A stretch of DNA of 62,000 nucleotides from Octopus vulgaris (taxonomy: Eukaryota): assembly GCA_951406725.2 (NCBI GenBank), contig OX597814.1, positions 169,156,001-169,218,000 of the forward strand, read 5' to 3'. Positions 48,601 to 61,998 of this stretch are shown here, piece after piece. A model generated the notes under the pieces. The model was not told where the DNA came from and made no database searches. It saw only the letters and a list, made by a program, of their open reading frames with translations. The stretch's first letter is position 1; the number at the start of each line of letters is the position of its first letter. Made by a program: the position numbers and the translations under genes.

Positions 48601-49781
48601 TTACCCAATAAAATAAACTTACACCAGCAAACTAGATAACCAAAGCATTACACACTCAACATACAATACAAGCAGTAATGCAAAAATGCTAACACTATAC
48701 AATACTGGGAAAAGTTTGTGCATTCCCCAAAGCAGAAAAGAACGCACAATGCTGTGCACACCCCAGCAACACGAATGTGCAGCAGGTGATGCAGTAGAAA
48801 TTTGCCTCAAACTACCAAATGTTGAACAATTATAAAATAATAATAACCATGCTGGTAATGATAATAATGATAATTTTATTGCTAGCAGGACCCATTCATA
48901 CATACAAAACAAAATGAGTTAGAAGAGTAGGCAAAGTGGTATGACAAACACAGGACAATATATTAAAGATAATAGAATCTTTTTTTTTATAAATAACACT
49001 AAGTAAATGAATATATAACACTCATTCATTTCTTTGTCTGATTTTCCATGCTAGCATGGGTTAGATGAATACGAATTATTGAAGTGTTTTAAAGCTGGGT
49101 CTAAACCTGAAACCATGTGGTTGGTTAGAAAGCATACGTCTTAACTACACAACCATAGCTGTGTCTAGATAGATGAATGAATATATACATGTGTGTGTGT
49201 GTGTAAAAGGAGAGAGAGGGAATTAAATGAAATATAAATAAAAACTGATAACAAATGAATAGTAAACCCACTTCCACATGGTTGAGGAGATACCACCTGG
49301 GTTTGATCACAGCACTCCATGACCCTGGTCACGTGCCACTCATCTACTCCACATTCATGTCTTGAAAAATGCTCAGTTCCTTAAAAATATATATGAATGA
49401 ACTTATTTTCTACTATCACGTTTGTTCTCTTTGATATAAATATAGTAAGCTATATATACATATGAACACTTCACTTTAAAATTGCACTGCATAACCTACA
49501 AACACAACTCTTCTGTCTCACAGACTTATGACATGATTTGTGCAATAAACAAATGATAATAAATAAATAAATGGAAAAATATAAAAAAAAAAGTAAGTTT
49601 TGCTCTCCTAATTCAGCTGATGTCTGGCTTTACTAAATGTGCACTGCCTCAACTTTGAAACTCAAATTTCATTCATATGTCATACAGTATAATACACATA
49701 GCCACACATGAACACACACATATAGACACGTGTGTGTGTGTGTGTGTGTGTGTGTATGTATCTATATTTGTGTGTGTGTTA

Positions 49782-49834
<53 letters not shown>

Positions 49835-49854
49835 TACACACGTGTGTGTGTATA

Positions 49855-50620
<766 letters not shown>

Positions 50621-50783
50621 TATATAATGTATGTGTGTGTGTACATATATATAAAATGCATGTGTGTATATATATCTAAATAATATGTGTATATTTATAT
50701 ATATATATATATATAATGTATGTGCGTGTGTGTGTGTGTGTGTATATATATACACACACACACACAATGAAGCATTGTGTAAA

Positions 50784-51633
50784 ATATATATTGTATAAAG
50801 GATCGTGGGTAAGGCCAAAACAATGCGAAGTAAATGCAAGGCAAATCACAAGAAAACAAATATGTGAATTAATGTAGACTTACCTTGTATTCAATATTTC
50901 GGGATTATGACCCCATTTTCAAGAAATAAATGAATGTTGCTGATGTTCGTGCATGTGAGTGTGTGTGGAGTGGACATGCACAGAAAGGTGTTGCTATAGC
51001 AACCAGTTAGTTTCTTGTAACTCTCTTCTGTTGTTGATCTTGGGTTTCTTTTGGTGTATGAGGATGGCCTCAGAGATTCTAAGATTGCTCCTGTTCCACT
51101 GTGTTGCCTTGATATGCACTGTGAATTCCTGGGTCTGGCATTTCTGTAGATGTTTCTTCATGGAAGTGTCTGTCTGCATGTGTTCCTTAATGCGTACATG
51201 CTGTTTTCTTATCATGCTTCCGATGTAGGATGCACCACATTTGCCACAGATGATCTCATATACAACATACGTCCTCTGTACAATTCAGGGTCATTGATGG
51301 CGCAGTTCGACAATGTGCACTCCTCGGAGAAGCGAGAGGTATTGTTCTTGGACAGAGCTTTTCTCAGGGAAGAGCTGGTGCGCACTATCTGTATGTCAAG
51401 TCCTTTTCTGCAGACTGTGTGTTGTATCGCTGCAGTAGTTCTGTCATCAAAGTGTGGTAACTTTAGAAAGCATGTGCTGGACTTGGGAGTATGATGGTTC
51501 TTCCGGGGTTTATTGACCCAGAAATATTGAATACAAGGTAAGTCTACATTAATTCACATATTTTCTTGTGATTTACCTTGCATTTACTTTGCATTGTTTT
51601 GGCCTTACCCACAATCCTTTATACAATATATAT
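50784..51633 (-). mobile_element. Truncated Penelope-like element: GIY-YIG endonuclease end, pLTR, ~115-bp inverted terminal arms
   Basis: Minus strand ..LKLPHFDD..CTLSNC..(frameshift) VVYEIICGKCGASYIG..RIKEH..SEAILI..KPKINNR; arms 50784-50900 and 51521-51633. Confidence 0.88.
50890..50926 (-). ncRNA. Hammerhead variant with U3-A8 core in the PLE 3' region
   Basis: ttc-TTGAAAA-t-GGGG-tcataa-TCCC-GAA-ATAT-T-gaa. Confidence 0.5.
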
Positions 51634-51689
51634 ATATATATATATATATAAATACAGGTTAAATCCAATTTGATCAATATCCAAAGAGA

Positions 51690-52870
51690 TTTATTTCGTT
51701 ATTATTTTATAATTAGCCTTTATTTATTTATAAAATTAATCTAATTTTTGTATCTCTATAAATTCATATAATAAGTTAATATTTAGATAAGTAATAAGTA
51801 AATAAATATTAAACTATTTCTTTGCAATTTTCTTTTCCTCCCTCTATTATGGTAAAAATTTGGTATATACTCAAAATATTCAAAGAAGTTTTATCCTTTT
51901 ATTAAAATTTAATTCTTAATAATCTTCTTGATTACCCTAAATTTTAACTTTATACAATAAGACAATATTGCTTGAAATTATCTTTAGAAATTACTTGATT
52001 TATCTCTTTCTCAAATGGGTCTACCCTCCTGAACTTAGTATTTACAAGGGCCTTTATATAAACAACCCTTCTAAACAAGTACAACTAAGAAACCATAAAT
52101 ATCATGTAAAGGAGTAACAATAATAACTTCTTAAACCTATAATATGACTCTAAGTTTTTAAAAAAAGATTAGTTTAAAATATGATTGTTCCATAACTTAA
52201 ACATTCCTTTAGCTGATACCAGACACCAGTCTTTTATTGATATTTGCTAAATAAGTGAATATATAATTTTTAGTCTAATATATTTTGAATTATTATACTT
52301 TTTCTAAAAATCTTCTCTATTGGTGTTAATAAGCTACATATACTTTAACATAGTATTAGTAATTAAGCTATTTTATTTCCTTTTCTATGGTGTTCTGCCC
52401 TACTTGATTATTTTATTTTATTTCTTTATTATTTTATAACTAGCCTTTATTTATAAAATTAATCTACTTTTTGTATCTCTATAAATCCATACTTAGCTTA
52501 TATATAAAACTATACTGGTATATTCACTACTTATAAAAAATACTGCTTAGATTATAATTTTATTAATATATAATTAGCATGTTCCTTTACCTCAATACTC
52601 CTTTATTAATACCAGTATATACCAATTAATCAATATTCACAGATACCATCTGATGAGTTAGTATTTAAGTGTACAATATGTATAAATATTAAACTATTTC
52701 AGGATAATTTCTTTTCCTCCCTCTATTGTGGTAATAGTTTGGTATATACTCAAAAGTATTCATAAATTTCTATTCTTTTGTTATAATATTCTTCTTAATA
52801 ATCCTCTGAATAACCCTAAACTTTAACTGTATACAATATAGCAACATTGTTTAAAATATTTAACTATAGT
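51690..52870. repeat. AT-rich old direct duplication (51690-51980 vs 52420-52870)
   Basis: tagcctttatt.. at 51714/52441; taaatattaaactatttc.. at 51803/52683. Confidence 0.7.
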
Positions 52871-54263
52871 ACTATATGATAAGACTTCCCCTGTTTCATT
52901 ATCAATGATCTACTAGTGGGCGACCCCCTTAAAGCAAACATCTTTACCTTTACCAAACCTCATGATATTGCTTCTAATAAATCTTGATTTTTATGACTAT
53001 ACCAACTAAAATGTTATCGCTTAACAGTTGTCCTTGTTATTAATAGACAACTGTAATAGGTGGGTTGTTAAGAGTACAGGGAGGGTTTTAAAAGTCCAAA
53101 TACACGTTAAATAAATGCTGTAAATATGGTGTCCCTACTTCGTGGAAATTCAGTTATCGTGGCCATTCTCAGAACCAATCTACCACGATAAACGAGGGAT
53201 CACTGTATTTATGTTCTAAATGAATTTAATAAAAGCATCTAAATATGAAACATGAAAATTGTTCAAACTGAAATCCTTCTTGAACGACACATTTTCCCAT
53301 TCGAGTCAATACAGAATAACAGATAGTATTTCTGGAATTTTGATTTGCTGTCGGGTGACTTTTGGCCACACAGTACATATTCTATTATATACTACAGTTC
53401 TAAGGCCATGCTGGAGCACAACCAGAGTAATCACCTTTCAAATAGCCAATCTTATGTAATTAGCTTTTGGTGAAAGAAGGTTTTCAACACTGCTGCCCTC
53501 TTTTGAGGTGGACCAAAAATCATGCATAAATTAACTTCAATACGCTCTGGAATTATGAGACTGGCTTCAATTTTTCTAAAACCAAATAAAATAAATAAAA
53601 TAATGGTGAATACTAATGTACTTGTTCATGATGAATAAAATTAATAGTAATAACAACATAATTTGAATTAAATGCCAAATGCTTTGATGAGTGACTTTTG
53701 GGCCCACCCTGCATGTGTGTGTGACTTTTGGCCCACCCTGCATATGTTTACTCTCACAAGCACTCACACATTCACACACACAAATAAACAAAAGAACTGG
53801 AATGATAAAACCTGTCAGAATTAACCCAAAACAAAGGCAACATTTATATGAGCATCATTGCTGATCTAGTTTATATTATACAAAACAAAAGAAAAAAAAC
53901 ACAAAGGAAACAGTCTTTAATTTATTTTTTACTGACACTTATTGTTGGCTAGCATATGAGTAATGATTTTCATTGAGGCATATAATTTTACTACTGAATG
54001 TACTTCTTATCATTAACCACCCAACTGTAAGAGTGATATTTGTTATTCAGGTAAAATTTCTATGGGCCTGTCTAGGGCAGTGGTATATTAACTGTATATA
54101 AAAAAAAAAAAGCATTAATGCCTCATTTTTGTATCTGGTTTGCAAAATTCTTCATGTGAGCTCATGTGTTGAAACATATTTTGTTGTATTTTAGGAAGTC
54201 ACTGTGCCAATAATAAACACAAGTACAGGTTCTATTTCACTTCCATTTATTATTATTTATCAA

Positions 54264-54491
54264 TTAACCCTTTGGCATACAGATTACTCTGTCAAATGTA
54301 ATGCTTATTTATTCACATTATTTGAAATTAATCATGCACTATCTTATAGCTTTGAGATTTCAGTGATGTGATTGCTTATTTTTGGAATGACATTGTAGGG
54401 TAGGTGTGAGATTCTGAATCTGGCAAATTTGACCATAAAACAGGTAGAATATTAGGGCCAGATATAACCGGTTTAAAAACTAAAGGCTTAA
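54264..54491. mobile_element. piggyBac-like MITE
   Basis: TTAA|ccctttggcat ... actaaaggc|TTAA. Confidence 0.6.
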
Positions 54492-54925
54492 AGATGACAA
54501 ACTAGCAGAATCATTAACATACTGTGCAAAATGCTTAGCAGCATTTCGTCTGCCTTTACGTTCTGAGTTCAAATTCTGCCATGGTTGACTTTCATGGTTG
54601 ACTTTCAGGGTTGACACAATAAGTACCAGTTGAGCACTGGGGTCAATGTAATTGACTAACTCCTCCCCCAAAATTTGAGGTCTTATGCCTAAAGTAGAAA
54701 GGATTAGTATTTATCAATTGAGGATGGCAAGTTAGTAAATAGTTAGCATGCTGAACAAAATTCTGAGTGGCATATCCCCTGGCTTTGCATTCTGAGTTCA
54801 AATTCTGTCAAGGTCAGTTTGCTTTTCAACCTTTCAAGGTCAATAAAATAGGTACCAGTCTAACACTAGGGTTGATACAATCAACTAGCCCCCTACAAAT
54901 TTCAGACCTTGTGCCTATTGTACAT
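54490..54925 (+). mobile_element. Two SINE B' copies
   Basis: ttctgagttcaaattctg at ~54561 and ~54790. Confidence 0.75.
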
Positions 54926-54959
54926 ATATACACTCTCATACATAGATACAGGATTATTA

Positions 54960-55351
54960 TCTCTATATATATAAAGCTGAAGTTGTCTGTGTATGGCAGG
55001 TTTGGTAGCCTTCAACTAACACTATCTCATCCGAGACCCTACAGTGCAAGTTGACTAAAATTGAGAATATGATAGAAGCAGGCTTGCTCCTCCTTCTATA
55101 GAAGAAAAAATTCAAATCGGACCATGTTAACACCAAAAATTATTTACATCAAAAAAGTGCTTTTTTTCTATGAAAATCCCTATTTTTTATGATTTTTTTA
55201 CTGCTGTGTCGCCAATTCTCGGTGTATTTCAACCAGAAAAATGTTCACTTAAAGAGAATAACAAGCTACATAATGCAAAATTTTTACTTTTCAAAAATTC
55301 CAATTCTAAAGGGTCGAAACAAACCCGAGCAACACTGGGCGATACTGCTAG
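54960..55351 (+). mobile_element. Non-autonomous Helitron (sister of 26223-26614)
   Basis: A|TC start, cccgagcaacactggg hairpin, CTAG|T end. Confidence 0.88.
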
Positions 55352-55375
55352 TATCTTATTATAGTAGAAATTATC

Positions 55376-55605
55376 ATTAGTCCATTGGTTAACCATTTAA
55401 CCAATCAGTTGTTTGATTAATCACTTGGTCAATCCATCAATCAATCAGCTAGGTTTATTGAAGTCCTTTTGTTGCTATTCATGGCCATATCAGTAACATG
55501 CCCCCTCTACTTCAGGTGACAAAGATATCTGAGTGAGTGGTTAACCGAAAGATTAATCAAACAATCGATTAGTTAACTGGTTAAATAATTAACCAATAGA
55601 CTAAT
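55376..55605. mobile_element. MITE-like element with ~50-bp imperfect TIRs
   Basis: attagtccattggttaa..tttgattaatc / gattaatcaaac..ttaaccaatagactaat. Confidence 0.6.
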
Positions 55606-55934
55606 AAGAAGAATAAATGGATTGTAATAGAACTAGTGTGTGCATGTGCTTATTAATGCCATAATGACCCTCCTGAGGTAAAACACTAATGCTTTTGGAT
55701 AAACTGAGAACATCACAGTCATATCTTCCTTGACTTTTTCTTTTTTCATATATATTTTTCAGGATCCACACTTTAGTTAAGAAACCAATATTTTAACTAA
55801 TAATCAAGGAAGGATAAGAGAAAAAAATATAAAGAAGTAATATTTGTTATGTAATGTATTTATACAAATCTTTCTCTCTCTTTCATACACATACACATAT
55901 ATATATAAACTGCACAGATGCACAAATTTATATG

Positions 55935-56545
55935 TTTTTCCAGTTCCTGATACACATTCAGTTGTGACTGCTTTTGATCTTCTGTGAGCAAATGAGGCAC
56001 AGATTTTGCTGCAATTCTTTTCATTTGCAATTCCTCACTCAAAATTCGTTGGCAGGAGTTCCAGGACACACCAGTCATATCAACAAGTTCGTCAATTGTT
56101 TGGTGACGGTCCTCCAAGATCAGTTCATGAATTTTTATGATGTTTTGATTCGTTTGGGAGGTCAACGGTCATCCTGAATGAGGTTGGTCTTCAAGCAACA
56201 AGTGACCATTCTTAAAGCATGAAACCACTTGTAAACTTGCGTTTTGCTCATGACAGCATTCTTGTAAGCAGTTTGAAGCATGACAACTGTTTTGGCCACC
56301 GTTTTCCCCAGCAGAAAACAGAATTTCACAGAAGCACATTGTTCCTTCATTTCAGCCATTGCAAAAATTGACAAATAGGGGAGAAGCACCGTAAAACCCA
56401 AACCCACCACATGGAAGTATGACTTCACTGGTTGGCATACTGATGCCTGAGGATCGCTTCAAGTAGCTTCTAGTGGCAGAAGCCTGAACTACAATGGGCT
56501 TGTCCCACAGAGAACAATCTGGTTACTTTTGGGTACCACCTTGTA
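55935..56545 (-). mobile_element. 5' half of a second mariner family (transposase N-terminal HTH remnant)
   Basis: EQCASVKFCFLLGKT..SKTQVYKWF; ILEDRHQTIDEL..SCQRILSEELQMKRIAAKSVPHLLTEDQK; TIR tacaaggtggtacccaaaagtaacc. Confidence 0.85.
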
Positions 56546-57279
56546 GAAACTGAAAGAAGCTCATGTATGTGCGTGTATATTTGTGTCTCTTTGTCTTAAC
56601 ATCATGCACTAGTTGTAAACGAACCTCACCATCATACAAGTGGTGGTGTTCATTTCCAGTCTTCTATGTAAGCATGTCTGGTCAAGTGGAGATATTATGT
56701 AGTGAAATTGATAAAAAGAATACAGTGAATTTGCTGTGAGGAGTGGAAAATCCAACATTTCAGACACAGTCTTTCTTCAAGGGAAAAGTTGAAAAGAGAG
56801 AAATTGATGAGATACAGCAGAGTGTTACATCCTCTAAGTTAAAAAAAAAAAAAAACTGGCTGCAGCTGATAAGGAACACAGGACATTTGAGTATCATATG
56901 TGAACAAGAAGTGGTAGGAGAAAATATGCAGGAAGGAAGAAGAAAAGAGTAATGAAGTGAGAAGAAGCAGGCAAAGTCAAGAATGAGTTGGAGAAATATT
57001 ACCTTGCTTTGAAACAGGTCATGGTTGATATCAGGAAGGCCATCTGGCCATTGAAAATCTGCCTCAAACAAACTCTGCCTGATTCATACATGCTTGGAAA
57101 AAGAGTATGTTAAAATGATGATGATGATGATGATGATGATGAATTATGTTGATGATTACTCTTTAAGAAAGGTGAAACACTTCTGAGATTATCTTCTTTA
57201 CCTGCCAAAGAAAATATCTTATCAATTAATAATTTCCTACTGATTTGCTTTTGAATAGATTTTTTATTTTAATTGCTTT

Positions 57280-57509
57280 AGTACCCTTTCGTTACCAACC
57301 CGGCTGAAACCGGCTCTGGCTCTGTAGTACAAATGTCTTGTTTTCATAAGTTTTGAATTAAAATCTTCCATCAAACCTAAGTCACAATTTATATTCCTAA
57401 CACTAACTGAAAGATAGCTAAGCTATTTTACTAAATTCTTTGTTATATTTAAAATTAATTGAAAGAAACACAGAGCATCTCAAAATAAATACAGTAATGA
57501 AAGGGTTAA
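57280..57509. mobile_element. piggyBac-like MITE
   Basis: ccctttcgttac ... gtaatgaaaggg|TTAA. Confidence 0.65.
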
Positions 57510-57626
57510 ATAACATTTCACCTGTAATATATAGATCTTAATGTATGTGGTTTTTAGTTCCTTGATCCTGCATATGAATCCTGGTTGAAAAGATCTAAGG
57601 TAAAAGATATTCATGCCATGAACCTT

Positions 57627-58015
57627 TTTTCTTGTTTCAGTCATTTGACTGCTGCCATGCTGGAGTACCTCCTTGAAAAATTTTAGTTGAGCAAATCGAC
57701 CTGAGGACTTATTTTTTTCTAAAGCCTAGTACTTATTCTATCGGTTTCTTTTTCTGAACTGCCATGTTACGGGGATACAAACACACCAACACCGGTTGTT
57801 AAGCAGTGGTGAGCGACAAACACAGACACACATACACACACACATAAGATATAAATATATATATATATATATATATTATAGATGATGGCCTTCTTTCAGT
57901 ATCCATCCGCCAAATCCATTCATAAGGCTTCGGTCAGCCCAAGGATATAGCAGAAGACATTTGCCCAAGGTGCCACACAGTGGGACTGAACCTAGAAACA
58001 TGTAGTTGAGAAGCA
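57627..58015 (-). mobile_element. SINE family C
   Basis: Reverse match. Confidence 0.85.
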
Positions 58016-58519
58016 TGTGTACCTAATTAATTTTTGTTTTCTAGGAATAATTTATCCTGGACTACATTATCCAAATATTTTCCTTTAAAAATCCAAAAAT
58101 GTGATTTGAGGAAGATTTTGCTGTTATTTCTTGCTAGACTAGGAGTGACTATGTAAAGGCTCTCACAGTGGTTGGTTTGAACTGTCTAATTATCTTGCAG
58201 TTGGTGTCATGGTTAATTATATTGCAATAAATACATCGACTGCAATTTCATCGCCTGGTAATTTCATTGCAATGTAATTAATTACATTGTAAGCCAACAC
58301 ACCACCATCATCATCCTCATTATCATCATCACCATTATCATTATCATCTTTCTCATGATGATGATGATGATCATCATCATCATCAGCAGCAGCAGCAGCA
58401 ATGGTACCTTTTACCACAATAACTTGAGTTAGCTGAGACTACCTGAAGAAGTATTCGGCAGCCTGATACCTGTCCTGCTATTAATTCTTACTTGATTCTA
58501 AATAAGATGCATGTTACCT

Positions 58520-58750
58520 ATTCCTTTACTACCCACAAGGGGCTAAACACAGAGGCGACAAACAAGGACAGACAAACGGATTAAGTCGATTATATCGACC
58601 CCAGTGCGTAACTGGTACTTAATTTATTGACCCCAAAAGGATGAAAGGCAAAGTTGACCTCAGCAGAATTTGAACTCAGAATGTAACGGCAGACAAAATA
58701 CGGCTACACATTTCGCCCGGTGTGCTAACGTTTCTGCCAGCTCACTGCCC
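58520..58750 (-). mobile_element. SINE B with 17-bp TSD (1 mismatch)
   Basis: taagat(g/a)catgttacct at 58503-58519 and 58755-58771. Confidence 0.9.
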
Positions 58751-58974
58751 TATATAAGATACATGTTACCTCGATCTTTCAATCTCCTGAGTGGCTGGGC
58801 ATGTTTTTACATGTAAACAGTGACACTCCAGCATAAGCAGCAATCTTGTTTCATGCTAAGTGTGTAATCAATGCCAAGACACACACACACACACATGCAC
58901 ATGCACACACACACACATACACACACGTATATATTATCAGTTAGTTGCACATATATCAGACAAAATGCACAGTA

Positions 58975-59455
58975 TGATTTGGCATTAGGAAGGGCATCCA
59001 GCTGTAGAAACTCTGCCAGATCAAGATTGAAGCCTGGTGCAGCCATCTGGTTTGCCAGTCCTCAGTCAAATCGTCCAACCCATGCTAGCATGGAAAGTGG
59101 ACTTTAAATGATGATGAGGATGATAATGATGATGATGATGATTAATAGAGCAGTTATATATTTTTTTTATATTGTCAAACAGTGTACTACTAGTTGTGTC
59201 ATATAAAGAGTAAAGACCCCCTTCAGTCATAAGCCATAGGATTACACCTAGAAAGTTCCCCTCCAATGCACAAGTCTGGGCAAGGTTGTTTAAAGAAGAC
59301 CAGCAGTCACCCATGCATACAAGCCTCCCCTCTCCACACCACTGACATTGTCCAAGGGAAAAGCAAAGGCCAATTCAGCTTGACCACCAGTGACATTGCA
59401 ACTCATTTCTTCAGCTGAGTGAACTGGAGCAACCTGAAATAAAGTGTCTTAACTG
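58975..59455. mobile_element. Family A copy (+, 58975-59140) and SINE related to family E with a different tail (-, 59200-59455)
   Basis: Shared acactttatttca.gttgctccagttcactcagctg domain with family E. Confidence 0.7.
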
Positions 59456-59699
59456 ACCTGGTTATTACTGTTAGTTTTGTGCTGACTGTTGCACTTGGCA
59501 GTATTGATAACTCTTCAGACTTGCTGGCTGGGAGTGCATTGCATCTTTTATACTGGAGGCATATATAGACCCTAACAAGGGTCTATGTATATATAATAAT
59601 AACAATAATAATAATAATAATAATAATAATATGAGGGAATATTATTCCAAACTTACAGGGAAAAATTCAATTTAGAAATACTAAGTCAAATTTCACAAA

Positions 59700-59750
<51 letters not shown>

Positions 59751-59753
<3 letters not shown>

Positions 59754-59945
59754 TGGATAGATTCCTTCAAAGAATACCAGATAAGCCACCCATAATTGGA
59801 TACAACTCACCCAACAAGAACTCACTACTTGAACAAAACTTGACTTAAACAGGATTCGAATAATCCTATCAGGTGGTGCTATTAAGTTAGACATGGCCTG
59901 GACCAATCTTTGGTCGAAACATATCTAAGTTTTATCTAAGTTTTA
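59751..59945 (+). mobile_element. L2/CR1-group LINE 3' end
   Basis: LDRFLQRIPDKPPIIGYNSPNKNSL then UTR and (ATCTAAGTTTT)n-like tail. Confidence 0.75.
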
Positions 59946-60046
59946 TATAAATATATATAGGGAGAGTTTATGAAAAAAACAAAAGACAAAGACAGTTGGT
60001 GTACAAAACAAACATATGTATTAGTATAACGCTCAGGAATAGAAAA

Positions 60047-60088
60047 AGTCTTTTACGTTTCGAGCCTACGCTCTTCTACAGAAAGGGA
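60047..60088 (-). ncRNA. Hammerhead-like variant (core CUGUAGA)
   Basis: cttt-CTGTAGA-a-GAGC-gtag-GCTC-GAA-ACGT-A-aaag; helices I-III intact but A6 absent. Confidence 0.4.
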
Positions 60089-60147
60089 CACAGAATAAAC
60101 AAAGAGAGAAAAAAAATGTGTGTAGTGGCTAACGATCTATCATGGCA

Positions 60148-60177
<30 letters not shown>

Positions 60178-60181
<4 letters not shown>

Positions 60182-60785
60182 ATCATCATCATCATCATCG
60201 TTTAACGTCCGCTTTCCATGCTAGCATGGGTTGGACGGTTCAACTGGGGTCTGGCAAGCCCAAAGGCTACACCAGGCCAGTCAGATCTGGCAGTGTTTCT
60301 ACAGCTGGTGCCCTTCCTAACGCCAACCACTCCGAGAGTGTAGTGGGTGATTTTATGTGCCACCGACACAGGTGCCAGACGAGGCTGGCAGACGGCCACA
60401 CTCGGATGGTGCTTTTTATGTGCCACCGACACAGGTTCCAGACGAGGCTGGCAGACGGCCACACTCGGATATGGTGTTTTCGGTGTTTTTCTTATGTGCC
60501 ACCGACACAGGTGCCAGACGAGGCTGGCGAGCGGCTACGATCGGATGGTGTTTGTTACGTGCCCACGGCACGGAAGCCAGTCGATGCGGTACTGGCTACG
60601 GTCCCGTTCGGATGGTTTTTCTTATGTGCCACCGGCACTGGTACCACAAGGATACAAATTCCATTGATGTTCATCTATTTGATTTGGTTTGACTTGATTC
60701 GATTTGACTTTGATTTGACTTGCCTCAACAGGTCTTCACAAGTGTGATTCGATTTGACTTTGATTTGACTTGCCTCAACAGGTCA
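60178..60785 (-). mobile_element. 5'-truncated sister of the large RTE (3' UTR only) with ~45-bp duplication at its 5' junction
   Basis: High identity to 9050-9590; gatttgactttgatttgacttgcctcaacaggtc twice. Confidence 0.9.
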
Positions 60786-60952
60786 TGTAAATTAGAAAAA
60801 AAAACACCTTTTATCAATTCAACAAGGAAAAAATTAAATTATACCATTTAGAAAAAATTACATTTTATAGAAAAATTAAATATAAAATAAAACATATATC
60901 AATGATTAAGTAATGTGCAAAATAATAAATGAAACGTATGTATTTGGTAGAA

Positions 60953-60980
<28 letters not shown>

Positions 60981-60990
<10 letters not shown>

Positions 60991-61273
60991 TATTAGAGAC
61001 AAAACCACTATTTTGCAAAACAAACAAGGAAAGACTTAATCAATACATAAAATTTTAATAAATAGTCAAAAAAACCGCCACTACAATTGTTTCTTGTCTT
61101 GATCGACAATCTTCAGATGGACTTCCAATAAGTCAGTTTCAAATTATGTGACTGAATTTGCAAAATAGTGGTTTTGTCTCTAATAATATTTTATAATATT
61201 TTACTATAAAATTGGATTTAATCCTAAATCTGATTTTTTCCCTGTAAATTTGGATTTATTCCCTAATATTTAT

Positions 61274-61275
<2 letters not shown>
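60981..61275 (-). mobile_element. Short pLTR-like unit in (TA)n with 39-bp perfect inverted repeat (60981-61019 / 61157-61195)
   Basis: tataaaatattattagagacaaaaccactattttgcaaa and its reverse complement. Confidence 0.7.
61075..61122 (-). ncRNA. Best-preserved minimal type-I hammerhead ribozyme motif
   Basis: ccat-CTGAAGA-TTGTC-gatcaa-GACAA-GAAAC-AATT-GTA-gtgg: complete core, 5-bp helix II, palindromic helix III, 4-bp helix I. Confidence 0.7.
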
Positions 61276-61313
<38 letters not shown>

Positions 61314-61779
61314 ATCATAAAAGTTGCTGTGAATTTCAAGCCAGCATGTTTGAAGAGTTATTAATACTGCTAAGGATGCAATAGTCAGCACAAAACTGAT
61401 AGTAACATTCAGACCAGTTATATGCCATAACCAAAAATAGACTCCTTGATGATACATACACAATAGGTTTTTTTCACTATCTCTGTCAACCAGTTTCATT
61501 CACAATGCATTAGTCAGCTCATAGCTGTAGCAGAAGATGTTTGTCAACAATGCCACACAGCAAGAATGAAACTAGAAATCACATGATTTTAAAACAAACT
61601 TCCTAATCAAACTACTGGTAAATTCCTCATCATGCCATATAGTTTGTCCCTAAATTCAGTCACATGTTTTATCTCCAGAGGAGATGCATTGCTAAACATT
61701 ATGAGAGCACATTCAAAATGAGATAATTTGAGAATGGTACAGAGTAAATGATGTAAAATAAAAAGTAAAGTTTCCTTGA

Positions 61780-61998
61780 GTCATACTGACTTATAATGGC
61801 CAGTTTCCTGGTTACTATGGATAATATATTCTCCATCTGGATGAGACACTAATTCATTGTAGGATTACTCATTTTTACCAGCTGAGTGAAATGAAGTGTT
61901 TTGCTCAAGAACACAATGTGTCATCCGGTCCAGGAATTGAAACCACAATCTTATGATCATAAGTCCAACACCCGAACCACTAAGCCACATGCCTACCC
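61780..61998 (-). mobile_element. tRNA-derived SINE related to family E
   Basis: tggcttagtggttcggg head; ttgtgttcttgagcaaaacac central block. Confidence 0.65.

Noticed and set aside
51650-52950. Mitochondrial insertion (NUMT)
   Set aside because: AT-rich, but I could recognise no mitochondrial rRNA, tRNA or protein motif
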